Positions 54,060 to 64,000 of a stretch of DNA of 64,000 nucleotides are shown one piece after another (the first letter of the stretch is position 1; each line of letters begins with the position of its first letter). The stretch covers positions 1 to 64,000 of the forward strand of contig MU059176.1 in NCBI GenBank assembly GCA_013265495.1, in the 5' to 3' direction. The translations under genes were made by a program, and so were the position numbers. This DNA is from Vicugna vicugna (lineage: Eukaryota). Under the pieces are notes generated by a model. That model was not told the origin of the DNA and made no database searches. It was given only the letters and a program-made list of their open reading frames with translations.

Positions 54060-55110
54060 AATGGTCCTTCCTCCTATTCCCAGAGTTCTGACAGGCGGCG
54101 GCAGGAGCAGAGAACTGCCTGCCCCTGGAAACTGCCTGACTGGCACGAAAACGCAGGCACTGCCCTGCGCCAGTTTGGGACAGCGGGGCCTTCTCTCCCC
54201 TCCTCCCGGGGAGGTTCGGCCCGGGGAAGTCCCTCCTGGAGACATCCGCCCTCCGGACTGACCAGTGCGGCGGCGGCCAGTCCCGGGGGCAGGGACCGGG
54301 CGTTGCCGATGAGTCAGGGCGGCCTTTGCATGGTGCTGACCCTTCCCGATCGGCCCAGGGGCGTGCGCCGGGCGGGGCTGGAGCCCGGCCCAGCTTGGCC
54401 CGGAGACGAAGAACCAGGCCTGGGCAGTTTGGCTCTGGCCGGTGCCGCCCAACGATGACCCCGGGGTCAGGCCGGGTCCCGGACCCGAGGGGAGGCGGAC
54501 GAGGCCAGCCCACCACCCTCGCCCCGCGCGTCCGCCCGCCAGAGGCCCACGGCCGGCTGTTACCTGCTGCCGCCGCTGCTCGGGGAAGGGCCGGGAACGT
54601 CGGAGGCCCGCCGCGTCGCCCAGGCGCCCCCCCTTACCGCTTCAGAGTCCGGGGACCAGCGCTCGGCGCGGGGGTCCGGGGCAAGCTGGGAGCGGCGACG
54701 CTGGACAAGGAGGGCGGGCGGGCGGACGGACAATACGGCCCGCGCAGAACCGCGCTGCGCGAGTGGGGCCAGGCGGCGCGCTCGTGGCCAAGTGTGTATG
54801 TGTGTGCCTGTCAGTCAACGCTGACAGGCCGCAGCCCATTGGCCAGGCCCCGCCCCGCGTCACCGCCCACTGTCGCCGCCCATTGGAAGATTTGAACACA
54901 AAGGCCCCCGGCTCGCCCCGCCCGCCGCGTGGGCCCCGCAAGCGGGGCGCGGCCAGGAGAGAGTCCGCTCGTGGGAGGTGCGGGCGTGGGAGCGACACCT
55001 GGCTGCGGGAGGACTCCACTGGGGCCTGCCAGCAGGGGCTCGGCCGGGCCTGACTGCGCACTTGATTCCGGAGCTGGTGGCTCAAAACACCTGAGCCGTC
55101 TACTAGCGCT
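54060..55110. promoter_or_regulatory. CpG island / SUN2 promoter with non-coding first exon(s)
   Basis: Dense CpG; CCAAT (minus) at 54838 and 54882; GC boxes 54848 and 54914; minus-strand donors at 54637 (GCG|gtaagg) and 54563 (CAG|gtaaca). Confidence 0.88.
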
Positions 55111-56454
55111 GCCTCGTGAGCCTCCCCCCACTCACGGCCTTCTGGGATCCAGCGCTCAGCAAGCTGACTCCACAGGGCCTGGGTGCCAGGACCCTAAAGG
55201 CACTATGGTTGGGGGCACAGCCTCCCCGAGGATGGCCCAAGGGAATAAGGAGGCTGATGACCCCTGGCCTAGGGCCCACTGGGAGGGGTAGCACCTAGTG
55301 GGCCCTTACTGAACCCTCAAATGATTGTTGGAGGCACAAGTGTTCTTTTGGGCATTTCTACACTTTTTTTTTTAACAATAAGTAAACGGGTTCATAGAGT
55401 TTTTAAGTGATTTGCTTAAAGTCACACAGTCTTAAAGAGGCAAAATTGAAATTAGAAGATTCTCTCTACATCCAAGTCTGCGTGTTTTCCATTTCAAGGT
55501 TGACTTGGGGATTCCAGATCAGGCAGAAGGCTCTGCCACTTCCCAGTCTGACCCCAGGGCCCCCAAATTTCAGGGCAGAAGCTTTTCTGGGTTTTAAGGA
55601 GGAAGCATGCCACAGTTGGCCCCGAGAAGGTGAGGATGGCTACCTGTTTCTCTGCCTTTCTCAGATCTGCATGTGGAATGAGCGCTGAATACTAAATGAA
55701 TACAATACTGCCTGACTCCAAGGGTCCCTGCCCTGGCTCCCCACTGACCAACTCTACAGATGCAGAGAAAGGGCCCAGCTTGGGAGGAGTCACTTCTTGT
55801 GCAAGCTCTTGTAAGGGAGAAGTGTCGTTATTTCACTTTTAAAGTGCCAAGAGGAAGAGACTAGAAACGACAAAACCACTGAGACCGGACAGGAAGGTGC
55901 TGGGGTAGGAGAGTGAAGAAATGTGAAGCCCTTGTGCTAAGTCCACTCCAGACAAAAACAACCCACCCTCCCTCGGCCTGCATTGCCCCACCTGGAAAAG
56001 AGGGGCCTCACCTGCACATACAGCATCTTGAAGACAACAGTGCTTGCTTCTGGGGTTAGACTGCATACGAGCTCCCTGAGGACAAGGGCCGGCTCTTCAG
56101 GACCTGGCACAGGGCCTGGATCATGTCTGAGCGTCTGCTGAACGTAGAATGAGTGAAATGAGAATTCAAATCAGATTTAGAGTCAGTGTCCAGGTAGGGA
56201 GGGGCCTTATCTTGACACCTTCTTCTCCTCAAGGTGCTTAACTCCCTGGTTCTGTCCTCGCCAGTTCCAGGGGAGTCTCCACATCCCGCCACCTGCACTG
56301 CAGAGCCAGCTTCACTCCTCTCTGAGGACCCTTCCCAGGATGTGCTGGTTTGTAAAACAAGAGGCTGCGTGCCTTCCACTGGTTTCAGGCAAGGGCCAGG
56401 CCCACAGGCTGGCTGGAGGCAGCCCTCTAGTAAACTGTGTTGCCTCTGTGGGCC

Positions 56455-56890
56455 TGTAGTAAGTGAATTATTAGCCCCAAAGATGTTAGGTCCTAATCCC
56501 CGGAAGCAGTGAATGTTACTGGACATGGAAAGTCTTTGCAGATGTGATTGAATGAAGGATTTTGAGATGGGGAGGTTATCCTGGATTATCAGGGTGGGCT
56601 CTAAATGTAATATCACCAGTGTCCTTATAAGAGACAGAGGAAGGAGCAAAGTGACTGGCCGCAGAGTGTGTGGCCATGAGACCAGGAATGCTGGCAGCCA
56701 CCAGAAGCTGGGAAAAGCCAGGAATGGCTTCTTCCCTAGAGACTCTCGAGAAAGCAGGGCCCTGCTGACACTTTGATTTTGGCCCAGTGATTTTGATTTT
56801 GGACTTGTGGTCTTCTAAAGTGTAAGAGAATAAATTTCTGTTGCTTTAAGTCACCAAATTTGTGGTATCTTGTTACAGTAGCCACATAGG
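56455..56890 (+). mobile_element. MLT1 (MaLR) solo LTR
   Basis: tttgcagatgtgatt...gagatggggaggttatcctggattatc...gctgacactttgattt...gagaataaatttctgttgctttaagtcaccaaatttgtgg...ttgttacagtagcc. Confidence 0.88.
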
Positions 56891-59800
56891 GGTCCGTCAT
56901 GAGGGCCCCTGGGAAATTCCTGGCCTAGTTGTTCAAGGCTCCCACACTTGTGCCAAGCCCCTCCCTCTTTCCAGACGGTCCCCTCTGACAGCACCTGTCA
57001 GCCGAGTGCGATCACACAGCCCTGCCTCCCCATCTCTGCTGCCCCGGCCTCTTTGCCATCTTCTCCCTCAGCAGGGCTCGGTCCTTCCAGACTCCGCTGT
57101 CTGTCCTGCAGCTGTTCATTTGTCTAGTCTTTTCCTATCACCCCTCTTCTCTTTTTCACTGCTCGGTTCTTACCACTCCTCTCTCCCATCATCATTTCAT
57201 AAACAGTGGCAGGGCGGAGGTGGCCAGCTTGGCCCTGGCTGGAACAGGGTCCTGGTGGCTGACAATGTGGCCACTGCTGTGGGGCCAAAGGATGGCTTTC
57301 TCCATTGCCAGGCCCTTTTGCCTTGGGGACCCCTTCCTTCATAAAAAAGATTTAAAATTATCTTCTACCACCACTTTGGTAGAAAGATGACTATTATCTA
57401 GGCTTGATTCATAAGTAAGTGTTCATCATTATTATACTTAATTTTTCTTCCAGTTTTTCTTCTTCTTCCAGTTTTAAAAGAAATGAAAAGATTTCTGGGG
57501 GTCCCCAAAGCATCCTGCATTCTGGGCGTCATGCCTGCCCTGCTTCATGGAGAAGTTGGCTCTGCACTGGGAATGCTGAGAAACAGCTCAGTGAGAGGAG
57601 CCTCAGCTGGCTCCTGCCCCAGCGCCTGCTTGCCAGGGGACCAACCCGAGTGCTCTGGGACCACAGAACACCCCCCCCACGCAGATCCAGAGCAGCAGCA
57701 GCCCTGGGAGGTCCCGCAGCAGCGTGGGCTGCGGTGAAAAGCAAGGAGGATGCAGAATCTGCAGCCCCGGGTCTAGGCCGGGGCACCACTGGCTTGCTCT
57801 GTGACCTGCTCTGTGAGCCACTGCACCTCTCATTTGTAAAATGCGAATAATAACAACTGTCCTGTCTGTCACGCAGCTGGCTGTGTCAACTCGACAAGGC
57901 TTCTTGGCCTGTTCCTCGGTGACGTCAAGTGAGGGGCGGAGCTGCTTCAGCACAAAGGGCTTGTGCCACCTGCGGTCTTCAGAAGGGAGAAGGGTTTGTT
58001 TTGGCCTTGGAGGCGAGTCAGGTAGCTTCCAGAGACCAGACTTTCCCATTCCCCCCCACGTGGTGGTGGAATGAGCCGTGTCCTGTCTGCCTCCCCCATG
58101 ACTCCAAATACTTGTGCCCGGACCCACCCTACTAGTGCTCAGAATGCTTGTGTCAAATGCACACCTAGTAGGCACATCTGGCCACTTCCCTGCAGCCAAG
58201 GCCACATCCATTTCTTCCTCCTGGCCGTCCGTGCCCATCAGCCGCCAGGATGTCAGCGTCTGTCATTTAACCATCACAGGCAGAATGTCCTGGGTGAGAG
58301 GAGGCTTTATTTCAGGCTTCCTGCCTGCGGGAACACGTCTGACAGCTGACAGGAGGCAGTAACCTCAGAGAATCTCGGTGCCTCCTGACCCACAAGGGCT
58401 GTTTCTCTGCCTCCTGGGGATCTGATGTGGGCTCCCTACTCCTACTCCACCCCACCCAGTCTGGCGACAGGGCTCCTATTTTACAAAATCTTTTATCCAG
58501 GTTGCTCAAAGAGCCCCATCACCAGGTGGCAAGTGCAGTTAAGCCTGTTTTATGGAAGGAGAAGTCCAGTCCAAGGAGGAAAGGATTCTGGATCCAGGTT
58601 ACTGGGGCCAGCCGGGGCTCCAGGAACAGAACGTATGTCCCCAGCCGAGATGGCCTCTCCCAGCCAGGTTCTAATGGGTGACTGTGCCTTAGTCATCGCT
58701 GCTCCCCAACGCCTATTACAGAGCCTGGCTCCTAATAAATGCTCAATAAACATGCAGCAACCATTGCTCCCCTCAATCTTCAAACACCCCACTCCCTTGC
58801 ATGGCCTCTGAAGCCAGCAACCCGAAACCCCCTGTGACCTTGCTTGTGGTTCCCAGCTGAGCCCTCCTTAGCTTCACCCTGGGCCCCCCTCCCACTCCCA
58901 CACCTTTGCTCAGGCTGTGCCCTGGCCTGGAATGCCCTGTCCCCATCACTGCCTGATGAAATTCTAATCTTTCATGGATGAACTCAAAGCTCTCTTGTCT
59001 CATGAAGACTTGTTTCCCTGCCTCTGAGTTCCCAAGGCAGAAGGAATGGCTCCCTCCTCCCTCTCTCAGTGTACTTCTCAGGCTGTGTTCTGGAATGGGA
59101 ATAACAGTCACGCAGCCCCCAGGGATACCATGAAGATTAGATGGCTTAATGCCTGGTACTCAGTGAGCCTGAGCTACAATTATCACTCATTGTCCCCACA
59201 GCACAGCGCCTGGCCGCATGGAGGAATGGTCTACACAGGCTGTGCGGTCTGGAGGAAGGTCAGGGCAGCACTGGGGCCTTTGAGGGCACTGGCGCGTGGG
59301 TCAGAACTCATAGACATCCGGGACTTGCCTGATATCTATGTGAGGTTGTCCCTCTTGGAAATGACACACCTACCAGTGGCTCCACCTCCATTAGGGACAT
59401 TGCTGGGCCAGTGGTCCAGAGTGCAGGCTTGACCCTCAGGCTTCCTGGTGAACAACTTGGGCAAGCCATTTAGCCTTGCTGTCCTCATCTGTAAAATGGG
59501 TGTGACGGTAGTGTGCCTGCTTCACAGGAGCCGAGCACAGAGCCTGGCACAGGGCAAGTGCTCAGTCAGTGTAAATTACTTTTTTACTTACAAGCATGTA
59601 CTTATTCACCCAGTGCCCACTGCGTGTCCACTGTGACAGTAAGACAAGGTCCTGCTGGAGGAGGCAGTCAAGTGAGAAGGTCATTACTGCACAGTGAGGC
59701 CCCAGCAGGGACACAGGCCTGTAAGTGTCCTTCATGACCAGGGCTTCAGAATGACTTTTGTGGGCTCCTTCCAAAAGAAAATTTTGAAATTCTATTTTGC

Positions 59801-62129
59801 CACTGTGCTGCTGTAAAGAAGAATATAACCCAGGCTGGGTGATGGCCATTTTCCTCCTTCTGATAAAAATAATTTAAACATTTCTGTGGGCCGGCCCTGA
59901 CAGTGTGCCTACTGTGGGTAAGGGACTGTTTGTGACCCCTCACCCAGATTTGGGGAGTCTGAGGCTGCCAGAGATGGTGACCAGAAAAGTGAGCAGAGTA
60001 GCCAGGGGACAGAGGGGACAAGAGGGCATTAGGCAGATGGGACAACAGGGAGAGGGCCTAGCTCGTGGGGACATTGCCAGATCTGTTAGGCCCACAGTGT
60101 GGGGACAGCCTCTGCCGCATCCCAGCCCTGTCACTGGATCCTTCAGCCTTGACCCCTGGGCTAACCTGAGCCACCCCAGCACAACTCCAGCCCCTCCCCA
60201 ACCTCAGCTAAACCTCCGCCGCTCGCCCCGCTCCCTCCTCCAGGGCTGCAGCACACACTCCACTGCCCAGTCTTAGCTGTCCCACTGCACAGTGGGGACA
60301 GTAACTCCCACCCTTCCCCACTGTCCAAGGCCTGGGGAGAGGGGGCTGCACCACGACCCAGGAGGCGGCCAGTCCTTGCCACAGCACCGTTGGCAGTGTG
60401 GCCGGTAGGCTTTTTTATGGCAGGACAGAGCTGAGGGGGGTCCCCCTCCCTCAGCACCCAGCCATCAGCACTGCAGCGCACCTGGGGAGGAATGTTCCAT
60501 CATGAGTCACTCAGTGTCCCCAGAGGCTGCAGGACTGGCGGGCCCTTGGTCACGCCTGAGGGCATTTCAATCTGGGCACCCCAGTTCCTCCAGTCCTCCT
60601 TCTGTGCCGACTGTCTCCCCACTGCTCATTTCCTGCAGGTCTGTACTTGCCGAGAGCCAAAGCCCTCCAGGTGTGGGGGGATCTGGGTAGCCAGCTTTGG
60701 TGGCACACAAGTGGAACGGCACAGGGCTGCAGAGACCAAATGTGGTCATCTGCCCAGCTCAGTCCTACTGGCCGGCAAGCTCCTCCAAGGGCCCCCGGGC
60801 ATCATACCAGCAGGGCCTGCAGCTGCCAGTCCAGGGCCTCCTGGTGCTTAGAGACTCCCATGTGCCATCTCATGGGCCATAGGGCCTCGTGGCAGGGTGC
60901 TGTGGGCTCAAAAGTTTGACTTCTTGATGCTGAAGAATGGGAGGGTGGGGTGAGATCAGCGAGGGCTGGCCTGGGGCTGCCCCTTCACCAGACTGGTCCA
61001 AGAGAGGACTGGCCTTTAGCAGCTGGGGCACGCCTGTGTGTGTACTGCACACAGACAGTAGACTAGGGCTGTCAATTGGGAGTGAGGTGACCTTGGGTAA
61101 GCCTGCGCACCCAAGAGTTGAATAAACTGCCTCTTGGGTCCCTTCCAGAGCCCATCCCGGGCTCAGCCCTCCCCACTGGCTATAGCTGCCCCTGTCTTTG
61201 CTCTGGTCACCCTTCCTGAACCTGCCCAGCCCCCAGGACATGCCCAGGAGTGAGTTCCCTGACTCCACACCCAGTGCAGTGCCGCCCGCACAGGGGCCGC
61301 TCAGTTGGGGTGTGCTGGGGGATGTCGGGGTGCGACTGAACTGATGCCTGTCCTCCTTTTTGTCTGAAGTGTGCCCAGCTCTCCCACTTTCTGCCCATCT
61401 CCCTGTACCTGTGTTTAATTCTCAACAGCTTTGTTCTAGGGGCCCGAGGTGGCTGAGGTTATCTGTAATTCAGGCAATTTCTGTCTTCCTCTTCCGGCCT
61501 CTCCCCACCGCCACCCACACCCCACATCCTCCAGAGCTGGGTTCCTGCCCCCACCCCATGCCTCACCCCTAACCTGCCAGCCTCCCTCCCAGGACAGGCT
61601 CCTAGGATCCTGCCCCATCTTCTGCCTCACCCCTAGGCTCAAACAATTCCCCGCCCCGGGGCCCTCAAAGGGCAGCACCACCTCCTCTCACCAGACAACT
61701 TCTCTGCCCCTTGAGGCCTCTCTTGCTGCCGGCTTCCCCAGTGCACCTCAGTTCCAGAACTAGACTCTGGGTGATTTCTGTAGCTTCCTAGCTGCCCCTT
61801 CTCCCCTCTAGCCTCCACAAAGCTTCCAGAAGGAGCGTCCTTAAACACAGGCTGGACCTTGTCACCTGCCTCCAGCTCATCACCTGCCCATGGCGCCATC
61901 ACCCACACGATCAAGTCCAGCTTGATCCAGAAGGCCTTCCCTGACGTGGCCTCCATCTGCCCCCCTGGCCTCGTGGCCTCCCTCCCCACCTTCACTCTAA
62001 CCATCCAGAGAAGAACTGACTCAGCAGGCCTGAGACAAAGGCCTGACACAGGCTGGACCTTGTCTGACATCTGGAAACTTGGATTTCAGGAAAGTTCCCA
62101 CCACTTCCTGATAAGAGCAGCCACTGGGC

Positions 62130-62440
62130 TTAAACTGTTTGTACCAACAGCGTGGTTCATGCTGAACCACTGCTTTCCTTCTGGGGGTCTGGATTTGGGT
62201 ACATGTCAGGCAGAAGGTGCCTAGGTGGCCAGCCCGCAATTAAAACCTTGAGTGCTGAGTCTCTACCAAGCTTCCCTGGTTGGCGACACTTCACGCGTGT
62301 CGTCACAACTCACTACTGAAGACATTAAGCGCATCCTGTGTGACTCCACTAGACGTCGCCCTGGTGCCCATTCCCTTTGCTGATTAAGCTCTGGATCCTT
62401 TTGCTAAAATTGCCATGAGGATGACTCTGTGCCGGGCCCT
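62130..62440 (+). mobile_element. MER21-like LTR fragment
   Basis: ggcagaaggtgccta...gagtctcta...agcttccctggt...gtgtcgtcacaactc...attaagcgcatcctgtgtgactccact. Confidence 0.78.
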
Positions 62441-63762
62441 CATGGTACCTGGGGGTGCTCAGGGGGAGCCCAGCACACTGACCCTTTCTCAAATATTCCG
62501 GGATGTTCACGCCCTGTGCTTTTGCTCTGGCTGTCCCTGCTTTGTGAACTGACCTCCCCGCCTTGCCTGGTGGGCCAGTCGTCACCTGCAGGACCAGGAC
62601 ACAGCACAGGCTGCCTCCTCTGAGCTCCCCTGCGCCGTGGGCAGTGCCCGACAGGACTGTTTCCAGTGGCTGGGGCTTCTGGAGGGTGGGGGCCGCACCT
62701 CTTCATACGGCATCTGAACGAGGCCCCAGGGAAGATCTGCAAACTTGGCTGGAGACATTTTGAAGCTGCAACAGGGGCCCCAGGATGGGAGGGGGTTGCT
62801 GCCCTGACTCCTGGGGTCGCCTGGGTGGGATGTGAGGGGCAACTTACCTGTTTCAGGGGGGCCAGGATGGAGAACTTGTCCTAAGAGTGTCAGCCAGACC
62901 CACTTGGCAGGCAACAGCCCATCAGAGGAGGCGCAGGCTTGTGTGTGTGGGCACATGGGTGGGAGGGTTGGGGGCACTTGAGGGTCTGTGCACGCTGGCC
63001 GAGCCCACTCTGCTGGGTGCTCACGAAGGGCACAGGTGTGCTCAAGCCGGTGCTGGCTGAAAGGGGACCCCAAAGTAATTAGGGGGTGGTTATTCCTTCA
63101 GCAAAAGCTTCTTCACTTGACCAGAGGAAGTGAAGGAGGGTCCCTTCTCTTCTCGAATTCCTTGTCATTCACAAGCCCCTCCAGGGTGCTGTTAATGAAA
63201 GACTGAGTTTTGCACATAGCTTTTGGGCGGCCCTCCTGTCTGTGAAGTGGGGTGAACCTGAGCCTGAGGGTCGGGCTGACAGGACGCCTGACTTGCTTCA
63301 TGTTTTGGTAACAACATTCCTGGCTGGCCAGGGGCTAGGAACGTCCCGTCCTACCAAGCTCTGGAGCAGACGGTGAGGACCGGGCTGGGCAGCGGAAAGA
63401 ACTCATGGGGGACAGAAAAACAGGCCAGGCTTTGGCTGTTAGGAATTGCTCCCCTTCTTTGTCCTCGGGGTTCCGGGGCCCATCCTGGGGTGGTCACTGC
63501 TGTCCCGGCCATCATGAGGGAGGCCGGGTCACCAGGGGCCACGGGCCTCTTTGAATAGAGCTACCCCAGCCTCGGCCCCAGTGGAGAGAACTAGAAGGGG
63601 ACTGTCCCTGCAGCTCACTCGGCCGTGGCCACAAACCAGGCCAGGGGTCGGGGTGGGGGTGGGCGAGGTCACTGATGCCGCTTCCAGGAGCAGGGGCTGT
63701 GAGCCTCTCTGGGGACAGTCATGCTTCATGGGATTATTGTGAGGGTTACATGAAATGATTTT

Positions 63763-63818
63763 TATTTCAAATGATTTTTTTTTGAAAAAATGATTTTTTG
63801 AAAAAATCATTTGAAATA
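63763..63818. repeat. 18-bp perfect inverted repeat with an internal third copy
   Basis: tatttcaaatgatttttt (63763-63780) and aaaaaatcatttgaaata (63801-63818). Confidence 0.85.
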
Positions 63819-64000
63819 TTCTGACTGAACTAATGAATCTGTGCTGCACATTTTAGGACAAAGAAGGGGTGGGACTGTACAGCCTCTGGGTCCCCCGCCG
63901 GGTCTGAAACTCAGTGTCTGTGTCTGACGCTCACCTGTGCTGGTTCATGGATGTCTTCAGAGCACGGACGGCTGCAGCAGACAAAACTCCCCAGGGGTGG

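Noticed and set aside
57603-58238. 211-aa ATG ORF upstream of SUN2
   Set aside because: Runs through MIR-derived sequence (IIRILQMR), has weak Kozak context and no recognisable domain.
58519-58532. CTCF-like tcaccaggtggcaa
   Set aside because: Two mismatches at informative positions; cannot be supported without ChIP data.
59530-59640. Facing MIR/L2 3' ends as a possible miR-28-type hairpin
   Set aside because: The arms pair too poorly for a pre-miRNA stem.
55200-64000. Possible DNAL4 exons upstream of SUN2, and TOMM22 at the left edge
   Set aside because: No matching peptides seen; these neighbours appear to lie outside the window.

Overview
Mammalian (eutherian) genomic DNA containing the syntenic block JOSD1 (minus strand, CDS 1665-10526, 202 aa), GTPBP1 (plus, CDS 14848-34993, 669 aa) and SUN2 (minus, CDS 40283-52153, 730 aa). 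Each gene has its own CpG-island promoter; JOSD1 and GTPBP1 are divergent, GTPBP1 and SUN2 convergent. I traced the exons by hand from GT-AG boundaries and reading frame. Introns hold old MIR, L2, L1M, LTR and hAT remnants. One young 5'-truncated L1 and the absence of Alu, B1, Bov-tA, PRE-1 or Can-SINE elements suggest a cetartiodactyl, possibly a camelid (inference). All four N-runs overlap coding exons, and one is exactly the length of the missing codons, so they look like base-for-base masks rather than gene damage. I found no convincing novel system. The best leads are a candidate alternative GTPBP1 terminal exon near the SUN2 3' end, an RPEL-like peptide motif in SUN2 intron 1, five uORFs in the JOSD1 leader, a co-oriented LTR upstream of JOSD1, and a 12-nt coding duplication in SUN2. 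Comparisons with human and mouse proteins and repeat-family names are from memory, not database searches.
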